IMG/VR virus record: IMGVR_UViG_3300025928_000007
Span: 5,114 to 69,113 of that record
Length of the DNA stretch: 64,000 bases
Strand: one strand, 5' to 3'
Source: a virus
In this document: in pieces, positions 38,401-47,391 of the stretch
How positions within the stretch are numbered: the first letter of the stretch is position 1
Layout of the letters: each line of letters opens with the position of its first letter
Position numbers and translations under genes: made by a program
Notes under the pieces: generated by a model
Told to the model about the DNA's origin: nothing
The model's database searches: none
The model's input: the letters and a program-made list of their open reading frames with translations, nothing else

Positions 38401-41400
38401 GGGCTCGCTGGCTGGTTGACCCCCGGGGTCCAGAACTCACTGCCATCTGGGGCGTTAACCCTCACCGCGTTGGCAAGAGTTTCAACGCCTCCGCTGGTGT
38501 CCTGCCAGGCAATCGTAGCCACGTTAGTAGAGTCCGTGTCCACCAGCCGCATGGGCGGCCCGTTCGATCCGGCTGTCTCTGCGGCGGCCCCGAATGCTCC
38601 CGCACCCGCGACTCCAGTTCCTCCAGTATTGCCGGGGTCGTCAAGGGTCCAGTGCCAGGTAGGGCTGTCAGCAAGTACCTGTTCCTTCGTCCAGCAGAAT
38701 AGCGGGTCCTGGCGGTTGAGCGCGGCCAGCACGTCCGATACCTGAATCCCGGCGGTGCTGGTGTTGCCTGTCGCGTCGTATGTGTAGTCGATCTGGCTGA
38801 TGGAACCGTCGAACCGGGTGGTCCAGTCCCCATTCTCGTCCGCGATGTTGATCTGCACCCGCTGCTGAAGTGACACAACGCCACCGGTGGCTGCCGGGAT
38901 GCTGATGTTCGACATCCGTGTCCAGCTTCCCTGGTCATTCTGCAACACAAAGGATGCGGAACCCGGCTGAACCTGGCTGAATGCGTCCTGCCGCCCACGG
39001 GTGTAGTTGATACCTACATCCATGCGGACGAATGCGGACACGTCCATAAACAGCGACCCGGCCCCGCCGCCCTGCACGTATGTCGGCAGTACCCAGTCGA
39101 TGAGCACCTGGGTGTCCGCCTGTGCCAGATAGGCCAGGTCGAAGTAGAACGACTGGCCGAAGGACGCACTGAACACGGTCGGCACGATAGCCGCGAAGGC
39201 CGCGCCCTGTGGCGCTACCGTCGCGAAGTTGAGCGGTGTCCAGCCACCCGCGACCGTGCTGGTCACGCCACCCTGTGCCACGTCGGCAATTAGCACCTGG
39301 TTCGAGTCATACCAGGCGATCCCCATATCAGCGATGAGTCCCTGGTTGGAATGCAGGAACCCGGACATGATGTAGTTCTTACCGCCCTGGACCGGGTACA
39401 GCCCGCTGATGATCTGCGAGTCACCAGCGGACAGTGTGGACCACATTGTGGAGTTGGTGCCATCCACTGAGAAGTCAGTGCTGAGCGCTGGCTGGCTCGC
39501 GTTGGCGAATGGCTGCCAGGTGTAGGTGCCACCGGCCTCGCCATCCGAGTCCTGACGGGACAGCAGGTTGTTAGGAAGGGCCGTAGGAAGCGCTGGGCCG
39601 CCCGTAGGGCCACCGCCACCGCCGCCCCCACCTCCGGATGGGGCAATCGACTGTGTGACGTTCAGCGTGCCCTGGAGCCCCAGCCCGTCAGTGACGATCA
39701 AGGTCCAGCTATAGGTACCCGCCACGATAGGCGTACCGCTCAGCACGCCAGAACTGGACAGCGTCAGCCCCGGTGGAAGGCCACCGGTCTCGCTCCATAC
39801 CAGGGTGCCTGACCCGCCCGTGGCGGTCGCGGTGAATGAGAATCCCTGGCCCACGGTTCCATTGCCCGGTCCCGCGACAATGATCGGCACGTTCTGCTTG
39901 TGGGTGACGACGCCTACTGACCATGACGTAGATGCGGCGATGGTCGCATTCGGCGTGTCACTGGCGGTGGAGGTAACCGCCTTGAATCCTGCCTTCAGCA
40001 TCGGCCCAGCCGCACCCGCCTGCACGCCCGTACTCGCTGCGGACAGGCCATCCCCAAGGGTTGGCTGGCCACCCGCTGGCAGGTCGGTGAAGAAGGCAAT
40101 AATGTGCTCGGTAGGCTGGGCAAGGGTACCCGTTGCCACGCTGGGATTCGTGCCCGTCGTGCCCGTGGCACCAACCGCCTTGTCCGCCGGGCTCTGCACG
40201 TTCTTGTCACCGATGACAATAGCGGCCTTGCGGCTTGCGGTACCGGAGTAGGCCACGTTGATGGTACCCGGAACGGACGGGGTAAGCTGCGTGTAGAGCG
40301 CCTGCAAGTACGGGATTCTCCAGTCACCCGGCAGGATGCAGTTGCCGTTCATGCCGTGATAACTGGAGTACCACATCACGTCGGAGTTGGCGAAGCCATC
40401 CTGGAGGTGCTGTGCCATCATGTCGGTGACGTACTGGATGTACGGGATGAACAGCGCGTCCGTCAGAGTCGCACCCGAGTTCCAGACCGCCTGGCCCAGT
40501 TCACCGAACCCGAACGGCTTCCCGTTGGTGTCCGCCAGGTTGCGCAGAGGTGCCACAGGGTCCAGGTTGGTCGTCCCACCCTTGGTCTGCACATTCCAGA
40601 CCGAGCCGTAATAGTCAACCACGATCTCATCGACAAAGGCATTACCGGGGTAGGCGGTCAGCCAGCGGGACTTCTGTGACCCCGCCGCGTCAAGAACAAC
40701 GGGAACGCCGAGGTTATGTGCGGTCGAGTAATAGTTCTGGTAGCACTTGATGAAGTCCGCGTCCGAGAGGGTTCCGTATTCCTGGTGGAAGACAACCTTC
40801 AGGATGGCACCCGGCGGCATGTTGTTCCTCCAGAAGAACAGCATGTTGTGCAGGGCGGTAGCGTCGGTGCCTAGCGGATCGGGCTTGACGTTCACCCATA
40901 TGCCGGTTCCGAGCGCCACAAGTGGGGCCAGAGTCTGGCTGTTGCTTGAGGTGAAGGAAGTCGGGAACACGCCCGGGTTGTTGTAGACCTTCTGCATACC
41001 CGTCGGTCCCGTAGCGAACGCGCCCGTGAAGCCATTGACCTGGAGAATGGAGTCCATGGTGGAACCCGAGCCAAGCTCTGTGACGGCACCAATAGCGCCG
41101 GTCATTCCGGTAGAGCTTCCGGTACCCCCGATAGCGGCACCCCCCGGAGACGCCGCGAGCTTGAAGTTCATACTCGTGGCGTAGTTCGGGTTCTGTACCA
41201 CGTAGTAGTCGGTGTTCAGCGAGAACCCGCCGGGCACGCCGCTAGCTCCCGCGACTGTTAGCTGAAGCTTCGTGCCGTTTGGGAATCCATGGCGAATGCC
41301 CGGGTTCGGCCCGTTGAGGGTGAACACACATCCGGTGCTCGCATTGTTGGCCGCATCACAGGTAAACTCGTACGAACGGTAGTCGGTGGTGGAACCTACC

Positions 41401-42323
41401 TTACCGGCCTTGGCGTTTGTTCCGGTGGATGACAATGGCAGTGAGCCGTACGACTCGTAGACATACAACTGGTCGCCCGTATTGACAACCTCCGACACCT
41501 TCAGCGCGTAGTCGTTACCCACCGTGTCGGTAACGCCCGTGACGGAACCGGACTCCGCGACCACACCCACACTCAGTGTGTCGTCCTGCGCCGTGTCGGT
41601 GGTAACCGGAACGGCCAGGGAGTTGGTGCCCGACGCGGCCGAGACCTGGCCCACCAGGTACAGGCCCGATGGCGGTGGCGCAGCCGGAATCTTGTAGGAA
41701 GTCATCAGGATGACGTTCTTGACGGAGGTCGTCCAGTTGGCCGTGACCGTCGATGACGCGGCCGACGAAACCTGCTTGTAGGCAACGGACACCCAGGGGT
41801 TACCGGCCTGACGGGCGGAACCAATCTGCGTGAACCCGGTAGCCCATGTCGGGCCGGTGGTCTGGTTACCGATAACGACCACCGCGATCAGGATTTCGCT
41901 AGCCTGAGCCAGGCCACCCGTGGTGATAGAGGCCGTAGTTCCGGTCGCCGCCGCGACGGGCGTTGGCGCAACATCATGCCCCGCCGTTACGCCCGGGATA
42001 CCTGTGGCCACCGCCGCCTTGACTCCGGTACCGTTGAAGGTCAGCGTGATGGTGTCACCGATATTCAGGCCCAGTGTCGCACCTGTTGTTTCCCATTCGG
42101 TGCCGACAACCTGGGTGACATCGGAGTTGATCACCGCATAGGTGTTACCCTTGGAGTCCGTGATACCGGTTACGGTCTGGGCCAGTGAGGATGTGTTAGC
42201 GGCAATGTGAATCTGGTCGCCCGCAGTCGTGGCGAGACCACCAGACGAGCCGACGGTAATCACAAGAGTGCTGCTGACGCCGGTCGCCTGCTGGTTGATT
42301 CCGATCAGATACGGGTTTGCCAT
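35457..42323 (-). CDS. Large tail-tip/hub protein with GH26-like hydrolase, Ig (He_PIG), CBM-like, LamG-like and C1q-like domains
   Basis: 2288 aa after the TMP; VFHQE...YPGNAFVDEIVVDYY...KPFGFGELG; LPPGLTLSSSGVLSGTP; TRGRQD...PGSASFVLQN hub motif. Confidence 0.85.
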   Translation of the reverse strand: MANPYLIGINQQATGVSSTLVITVGSSGGLATTAGDQIHIAANTSSLAQTVTGITDSKGNTYAVINSDVTQVVGTEWETTGATLGLNIGDTITLTFNGTGVKAAVATGIPGVTAGHDVAPTPVAAATGTTASITTGGLAQASEILIAVVVIGNQTTGPTWATGFTQIGSARQAGNPWVSVAYKQVSSAASSTVTANWTTSVKNVILMTSYKIPAAPPPSGLYLVGQVSAASGTNSLAVPVTTDTAQDDTLSVGVVAESGSVTGVTDTVGNDYALKVSEVVNTGDQLYVYESYGSLPLSSTGTNAKAGKVGSTTDYRSYEFTCDAANNASTGCVFTLNGPNPGIRHGFPNGTKLQLTVAGASGVPGGFSLNTDYYVVQNPNYATSMNFKLAASPGGAAIGGTGSSTGMTGAIGAVTELGSGSTMDSILQVNGFTGAFATGPTGMQKVYNNPGVFPTSFTSSNSQTLAPLVALGTGIWVNVKPDPLGTDATALHNMLFFWRNNMPPGAILKVVFHQEYGTLSDADFIKCYQNYYSTAHNLGVPVVLDAAGSQKSRWLTAYPGNAFVDEIVVDYYGSVWNVQTKGGTTNLDPVAPLRNLADTNGKPFGFGELGQAVWNSGATLTDALFIPYIQYVTDMMAQHLQDGFANSDVMWYSSYHGMNGNCILPGDWRIPYLQALYTQLTPSVPGTINVAYSGTASRKAAIVIGDKNVQSPADKAVGATGTTGTNPSVATGTLAQPTEHIIAFFTDLPAGGQPTLGDGLSAASTGVQAGAAGPMLKAGFKAVTSTASDTPNATIAASTSWSVGVVTHKQNVPIIVAGPGNGTVGQGFSFTATATGGSGTLVWSETGGLPPGLTLSSSGVLSGTPIVAGTYSWTLIVTDGLGLQGTLNVTQSIAPSGGGGGGGGGPTGGPALPTALPNNLLSRQDSDGEAGGTYTWQPFANASQPALSTDFSVDGTNSTMWSTLSAGDSQIISGLYPVQGGKNYIMSGFLHSNQGLIADMGIAWYDSNQVLIADVAQGGVTSTVAGGWTPLNFATVAPQGAAFAAIVPTVFSASFGQSFYFDLAYLAQADTQVLIDWVLPTYVQGGGAGSLFMDVSAFVRMDVGINYTRGRQDAFSQVQPGSASFVLQNDQGSWTRMSNISIPAATGGVVSLQQRVQINIADENGDWTTRFDGSISQIDYTYDATGNTSTAGIQVSDVLAALNRQDPLFCWTKEQVLADSPTWHWTLDDPGNTGGTGVAGAGAFGAAAETAGSNGPPMRLVDTDSTNVATIAWQDTSGGVETLANAVRVNAPDGSEFWTPGVNQPASPIRGLDSNTVGPFTTPLGGIYLTPVTTAQSSQNQFIGNNGYYLQAELPQTLATNNPAVSYAFECWFTMDPYIGQHMSANYGPYIQLSLGSSRQKATLVSGVFLNAGALKYEVANYNQPPAFLGLNWPSASAPAALSSASIPLPADTVRIPHHLVLNVLGKTGPGLVQVYLDGVLLGQVNLVQGQVFDTIAVGAAYGGAGAHFGGIQLVSVYPQALAPQTILLHTQLGQYGMWEQTADDTLAQVSSYANLPAFWSNLSANHVGLTLMEYMDITGTNALTAMQMIAQAEQGFVYTDSSGAVNFHTRDWRMGHGPPDLVLPPGSYSPDLNFAVIDQFMCNEMGVAGTATTGASGQQGASLSTNTGDVQQPTDAVNSANIQTGFINTASQEQYGIYASNPVSSPVSLPLITWSRAYAQLGIPSLSFWPDPNLIDVAAWNSNSRSDPWLFPASLTIDLMTLDPTWTITTLDPQGNPVTVPLGVSFFYGLEIDDLIAPDTTQVLPVPFPSDTGSTEWFIEGITETKTENSWTLQFYVSPAEAQRAWIPGDPVYGVLGETTRIGISQADVSTPQADGKDVSHDAGPPYWPPVFSIGMNNPSGSGNFFVGAQDMRGINESLRLVLQPPMCIVSATSQTQSFGTGALANPAMNWDVIHVDTTGGMGLIPGYPNWYVCTVPGFYEISASLVWSLTTAQAGYTGMGWIAIAQGAAQALGAGLGTPLNIGRYICPVGEQTRWNGNSMTPVSNAVHRVYLGIGDMVALCGEHNYTSSRGTSTGSVGSHMSIRFVGLATKDDRTEINSSLAFGGTVNLNPVPAPNTFTFNNTHTYSYQGKKGFSPYARRNTDLDCFQGVKGTQDSEGSQTAQVKFNAAFIASQLTGKTIKSATLHCSNLTSWYNTGTKLMLGYTTQTPGASSYQPDSSTDTLDVIHQKFNPRQNLTFSIPTSMITPFVTGGATALVLGDSTTTNLDYYGTWKGGPGAWTLVVNTA

Positions 42324-42324
42324 G

Positions 42325-45300
42325 TCATCCTATTCCTAGGGCCGCATTACCATGCCGCTGCTTGTACTTCCGCAGGTTCTGCACGATCCTGCGGGCGGCA
42401 CCATCCGGGTCACTGTCTCCCTGGACGGTGATGTAGTACACGTCGCCGCCTCCGCCACCACGGCCTCCTCCCAGTGGCCGCACGTTCACTACCTCCGGTA
42501 CGTCACCGACACCGATGAGGGTCGGGGTGTTGAACACGCCATTCTTCAGGCCGCCGCCATACCAACTCACGGCCCTTTCATGATTGGCCGCGTTGACCGG
42601 GTTCCCATACACGTCACGGATATACCCGAACATCCAGCCAAGCTGCGCTCCCGCATGGGAGCCGCCCGCCGCCTGTGCGGCGAATGGCATCTTCGTCGGT
42701 GGCAGTGCCTGAGGAATGCCGTATGCACCGCTGGTTGGATTCCGGGCGAAGCGGTTGAACCCTGCCTCGCGCATTTCCAGGTAGACGAAGGATGGCCACA
42801 TGGATGCTGGCCATGGGAACATCGACCTGGCAAGGCGCTCATTGGCAGCCGCATCGCCACCCAGGGCGTTCGAGCCACCGAACATTGACGACTGCGCCGC
42901 AGAGATAGCCGACTTCGTGGCGGACTGCATCGCCTTGACCATGGCGGTCGTGAAGACTGCCTGGAAGTCGTAGTCATAGTTCTGGCTAGACTGGCCAGAG
43001 ATAACGCCGAGGTCTCCCTGCCTGATAATACCACCCGCCGCGAACCCAGGAATCAGGCCGCGCAAATGGTCTACCGCACCCGCGTTAACAAGCCTGGTCG
43101 GGACGACAAGCTCACCCTTGGACGCGCGCAGCAGAACATCATCGGCCGTGGGCGTAGTGCCGGTGTTGATATACGCACCCCGGGCCGCTGGCCGAAGATG
43201 GAACAGCCCGGTGTTCGACGGGTTGGACTTGTTGCCACCGAAGATACCACCCTGACCGCTGATGGTGAAGCTGCCGACACCCTTCTCAACAATGGAGATA
43301 GCGCGGCTCAGCGGGATGTGCAGAATCTTTGAGATCAGCGCGGCCATGTCGCCCGTGGACTGGTGTGCACGAGTACCGGTCTCGATGATGCTCTTGATAA
43401 GGGCATCGGCCTTGGTCTTGGCCTCGACGCTGTTTCGGCCATACTGAGCGATGGCGGTACCATACGCCTTCGCCTTCGCCGTTACGCCGAAGTAGGCCAT
43501 TTCCGCCATCTGGATATCACGAATCAGCGTGTTCGCGATATAGGTGCCCTGCGCCTCCATGGCACCACTCAGCAATGCCTCCTGCGTGGTGGCCTGGTTG
43601 GTGATAGCCTTCACCTTGGCGGTGGCGTCATGCGTGTTGCCCAGCCACTTCACCAGGTTCTTCATGGCGATAGGACCCTTGTAGCCTGCCTGCTCCGCTA
43701 GCCCGATAAGCTGGGCGGTGGCTTCCTGGCTGCCGCGTGCGTAGCGCAGTAGCGGTGCGATGGAGTCCTTGACGCCCGTGGTGAACAGGTTGGAACTGAT
43801 ACCCGCCGTGCGCCAGGTAGCGATCAGGTTCGACGTGTTGCCAATCTGCTCGGTGAACGCCTGGTTCAGCGCGATATCAGACTTGGTCAGGCCGTCAATG
43901 GCTGCATGTGAGAAGGTGAAGGCATCCTTCAGCCCGCCAATACTGGTACGGACGGTCACCGCGTTCTTGCCCGTAGCGGCCATGTCCGTCTTCAGGGTTT
44001 GCAAGCCCTGCGCGGTGGTGTCAAAGGCCGACTGGGTGCCGGTCATGTCCGAGGTGAACTGCTGCCATGCCTGGTTCAGCTTCTGCATGGCGGTGTAGTT
44101 GTCCTGGACGAACCGGTCCAGCACCGACAGGTCGTTGCCCAGGGTGCCGCCGGTCTGGCCCATGGCCTTGTAGCCGCGAATGGTCGAGTTAATCTGGGTC
44201 GTGATGATGGCCCAGCCCTCGGCGGACTTGTCCTGCATCTCCTGCTCGGTGATACCGGCCGCATTCACCAGCGCCATCGCGTTCTTCTGGCCACCGTATG
44301 CCTTCGCCAGGCCGTTCATGCGGCCCGTGGTGAACTGAAGCTCCTGGTCGAATCGCGTGTACTGGCCCTGTGCGTCCTGTACCGCCTGTGCCTGCTCCCG
44401 GTATGCCGCGCTGACGACCTTGGTCTGGATGCCCGTGTGCAGGTTGACCTCAGTGGTGTACTTCTGGGTATCCGCCAGCTTACGCTGTGCCTGGGTCAGC
44501 CTAATGGCGGACTGCTGGACAGCCTCGTTCAGCCTGGTGATGCCCTGGCCCACCGTGGCGGAGTTGTCGATGTTCTTCTGTAGGACATCGCCCCACTTCT
44601 GGGCGGCGGTCTCACTGCGGCTCAGCCAGACGACCAGCGCCGCGAGACCACCGATAGCGGCACCGACCCACAGTAGGGGGTTGACCGCGCTGATGGCCTC
44701 CATGACACCCGCGAATGCGAATGCCGCACCCTCGGCCAGGCCAAACTCGATGACGATCTGACCCAGCGTGAACAGGAAGATGCCGATGTTCTTGATGGCC
44801 ATTCCAAGTGCGGTGTTACCCAGGAAGATAATGGCCTTGCCCAGCGCCCATGCGACGGTCGCTCCCAGGCCAGCCCAGACGAAGAACCCATGCACAGCCA
44901 GGCCCAGGCCAATGAACGGCTCGGCCACGCGAGAGACATACTCAGCCAGCTTCAGGAAGGCTGTGCCGAAGGTCAGCAGGTACTCAGCATAGCCCGGCAC
45001 CACATGCAGAATGTTGCCGATTATGCCGAACAGGCTGGCGAAGCCATCGGTGATCTTCGCAAGGTCAGGAATGGCGTTCGACATGAACTGGCCGAAGCCC
45101 TTGCCAGCGGTCAGTGCGACGGTCATGCGTGCGCCCAACTGCGTCAGCACGGTCGCCGCGCCCTTGGCCAGTGTCGCGAACAGCCCGGTGCGGTCGTTCA
45201 TCACGGTCAGGGCGTCACCGAATAGCTGGTACACCGCAGGCTGGACGGCCTTGTGCAGTTGCTCAAGGTGCCCGGTCATCGGCGGAATGGTCTTGCCGGT

Positions 45301-46047
45301 CGCGTCCATGACCGTGTGCAGGTTGGTCATATGGCGAACGACCGCTACCACGGCATCAGAGGCCGCGATACCGAATGCGGTCGCCGCTACCGTCGCGGGA
45401 ATCCAGACAGCCAGGACTTCGATAATGGCGTCAGCCAGCAAGTGCAGGCCACCGATGGTGGCTAGCCCACCGAACAGTGCCACCTTGCCAGTGAACAGGC
45501 TCAGCCAGCCCCAGCCCTGACCGCGCGTGAACATCTTCCCGACGCGGTTTCCGGTGGTCTCGACTTCCTTGGCGGTGCTGGTCAGCCCGCTGCGGACCCG
45601 GCTGAATCCGGTTACCAGTTCGCCCAGGCGTGCATTCGTGGTATCCGTCTGCTGCCGCAACGTAACCAGGTCATGGCTGAGCATGTCGAAGTTGTTGTGC
45701 AGGGTCCGGATCATGGCCGCCAGGCCCGCACCACCGGAACCGATGTTCAGATCAACCGGGTTCTGCTTGACGAAGGCGCGGATCGCCGCCAGTTCCGTCT
45801 TGATCTTCGCGAGGGCCTCGGTAAGTCCTTCGATATTGAACTTCAGCGGTATGTCGGTCTTGAACTTCGACAGCGCAGTCAGGTCGGCCTTGACCTTGGT
45901 GACGGATGCCTTGTCCAGGTCCACGCCGACGTGCACCATGACGCGGCGCTTCTCAAGCTTGTCCGCCTCCTCATTGACAACCTTCATCTTGGCAAGAGCA
46001 TCCTTGCTCTCACCAAGAATCCGGAGTGTCACTGAGCGGATCGGCAC
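42325..46047 (-). CDS. Tape measure protein with C-terminal lytic transglycosylase domain
   Basis: 1240 aa Ala/Gly helical; GELVVP/FAAGG motifs; REAGFNRFARNPTSGAYGIPQALP. Confidence 0.92.
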   Translation of the reverse strand: MPIRSVTLRILGESKDALAKMKVVNEEADKLEKRRVMVHVGVDLDKASVTKVKADLTALSKFKTDIPLKFNIEGLTEALAKIKTELAAIRAFVKQNPVDLNIGSGGAGLAAMIRTLHNNFDMLSHDLVTLRQQTDTTNARLGELVTGFSRVRSGLTSTAKEVETTGNRVGKMFTRGQGWGWLSLFTGKVALFGGLATIGGLHLLADAIIEVLAVWIPATVAATAFGIAASDAVVAVVRHMTNLHTVMDATGKTIPPMTGHLEQLHKAVQPAVYQLFGDALTVMNDRTGLFATLAKGAATVLTQLGARMTVALTAGKGFGQFMSNAIPDLAKITDGFASLFGIIGNILHVVPGYAEYLLTFGTAFLKLAEYVSRVAEPFIGLGLAVHGFFVWAGLGATVAWALGKAIIFLGNTALGMAIKNIGIFLFTLGQIVIEFGLAEGAAFAFAGVMEAISAVNPLLWVGAAIGGLAALVVWLSRSETAAQKWGDVLQKNIDNSATVGQGITRLNEAVQQSAIRLTQAQRKLADTQKYTTEVNLHTGIQTKVVSAAYREQAQAVQDAQGQYTRFDQELQFTTGRMNGLAKAYGGQKNAMALVNAAGITEQEMQDKSAEGWAIITTQINSTIRGYKAMGQTGGTLGNDLSVLDRFVQDNYTAMQKLNQAWQQFTSDMTGTQSAFDTTAQGLQTLKTDMAATGKNAVTVRTSIGGLKDAFTFSHAAIDGLTKSDIALNQAFTEQIGNTSNLIATWRTAGISSNLFTTGVKDSIAPLLRYARGSQEATAQLIGLAEQAGYKGPIAMKNLVKWLGNTHDATAKVKAITNQATTQEALLSGAMEAQGTYIANTLIRDIQMAEMAYFGVTAKAKAYGTAIAQYGRNSVEAKTKADALIKSIIETGTRAHQSTGDMAALISKILHIPLSRAISIVEKGVGSFTISGQGGIFGGNKSNPSNTGLFHLRPAARGAYINTGTTPTADDVLLRASKGELVVPTRLVNAGAVDHLRGLIPGFAAGGIIRQGDLGVISGQSSQNYDYDFQAVFTTAMVKAMQSATKSAISAAQSSMFGGSNALGGDAAANERLARSMFPWPASMWPSFVYLEMREAGFNRFARNPTSGAYGIPQALPPTKMPFAAQAAGGSHAGAQLGWMFGYIRDVYGNPVNAANHERAVSWYGGGLKNGVFNTPTLIGVGDVPEVVNVRPLGGGRGGGGGDVYYITVQGDSDPDGAARRIVQNLRKYKQRHGNAALGIG

Positions 46048-46050
46048 GGC

Positions 46051-46553
46051 TTATCCCTTCGGGCTGTTCTGCTTTGCGGCGGCCTCAACGTACAAAACCA
46101 TCTGCGCAAAGTCGGTCATGCGCAGATGGTCTATGCACGGTGGCGGACAATGGCAGTAGTGTGCGAGGTCACCAAGGTAACGCCGACGCAACTCGATGGG
46201 ACTACCTCCGTACAGCCTCACCGTATTCGGATCATGTCCGCGCCTTATTCGTCTTTTGGGCCGCCCGCCGCTTCCTTCTCGGCAGTCTCGGCGGCTTCCT
46301 TCGCTACGGCTTCCTGGACCGCATTAGTGAACTTAACGATCTTGAAGTTCACATCCTCGATCTGGATCTTCGGGTCATCCTGGGTGACGATCATCCAGTA
46401 GATCGCACGCAGGGCGTCCGGATTACCATCGATCAGGCCCTGGTCCAGCGCGAGCAGTGTCAGCCCGAGTCTCTTGTAGATGACCGTGGCCTGCTCAAGG
46501 GTCAGTTCCTCAAGATCGAAGTTCAGTTCCTTGCCCTCGAAGCAAATCTTCAT
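46051..46553 (-). CDS. Tail assembly chaperone, long form via -1 programmed frameshift
   Basis: Slippery C CCA AAA at 46254-46260; -1 frame open to TAA at 46051, 3 nt before the TMP start. Confidence 0.75.
46245..46553 (-). CDS. Tail assembly chaperone, short form
   Basis: 102 aa ending GPKDE, upstream of the TMP. Confidence 0.8.
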   Translation of the reverse strand: MKICFEGKELNFDLEELTLEQATVIYKRLGLTLLALDQGLIDGNPDALRAIYWMIVTQDDPKIQIEDVNFKIVKFTNAVQEAVAKEAAETAEKEAAGGPKDE

Positions 46554-46570
46554 GCCTCTTGCCTCCTGTG

Positions 46571-46999
46571 TTACCTGTAGCCAGACTCTCTGGCCCAGAC
46601 TGCGATTGCGATATCCGCATACCTCTCGCAGGCGTCCTGTCCTGCCTGCTCTGCGGCTTCCTCAAGGAAGGGGAAGAATGGCTGGTCATACCAGTTCAGC
46701 CATCCATCCGTTCCTGGTGGCCCATGCGCGAACAGGGGGTGACGTGCGCCCTTGGTCTCGAACATGTAGGCGTTGGGTGCCTGCTGGCCGCCGGGACCGC
46801 CCGCGCTCACGTATGCGATGGTTCTGGCCTCCGAGAATCCCGCCGTCAGGTAGGACTGGATTGACGGTGGAATCTTCTTCGAGCCGATATAGGGCCGGGT
46901 AGAGTTCGGCCGCGCCCGCACGATCTCCTTCGCCTTGCGGGCGATGACTCCAGCGGCGGCCCGCAACCCCATCCGGTCACCCTGGATGGAGATACCCAT
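46571..46999 (-). CDS. Neck/tail completion protein (HK97 gp10-like)
   Basis: A.M.E.G.RHP.F...W..Q...PFLEEAA. Confidence 0.65.
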   Translation of the reverse strand: MGISIQGDRMGLRAAAGVIARKAKEIVRARPNSTRPYIGSKKIPPSIQSYLTAGFSEARTIAYVSAGGPGGQQAPNAYMFETKGARHPLFAHGPPGTDGWLNWYDQPFFPFLEEAAEQAGQDACERYADIAIAVWARESGYR

Positions 47000-47376
47000 C
47001 AGGTCACTGCACCTGGCAGGAAGTAGGTGCCAGCAGTGCTGCCGGTGTAGACGGACAGCGTGAAGTTCACCAGCCCGTTCGTGTCGTTATATACAGACGG
47101 CTGGAATGGACCGAACAGGTAGACGCCGCTGGATGTCAGTGCACCCGAGGTGAATAGCGGAGTGCCGATCAGGCTGCCAAGGACACCGCGTTCGAACAGG
47201 AAGCTGATCGTCGGGGTGATCGCTCCTAGTACGAGCCGCAGCAGGATCGCGCCATTGTTCGGGAAGGTCACGCCACCACCAGCGGCGATGGATGTCGGCT
47301 CCGACGCCGGTAGCTGGGTAGGCGACGTAAAGCTGGTGGTGATGTTCGCTGTTGCTGCTGGCAGGGCGACGGCCAT
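46999..47376 (-). CDS. Virion structural protein
   Basis: F.NNG...L...GPF..S.YN pattern; tail operon. Confidence 0.6.
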   Translation of the reverse strand: MAVALPAATANITTSFTSPTQLPASEPTSIAAGGGVTFPNNGAILLRLVLGAITPTISFLFERGVLGSLIGTPLFTSGALTSSGVYLFGPFQPSVYNDTNGLVNFTLSVYTGSTAGTYFLPGAVT

Positions 47377-47391
47377 TTCTTACTCCTGGGG

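Noticed and set aside
33531-42323. Diversity-generating retroelement acting on tail proteins
   Set aside because: No reverse transcriptase and no near-identical TR/VR pair noticed
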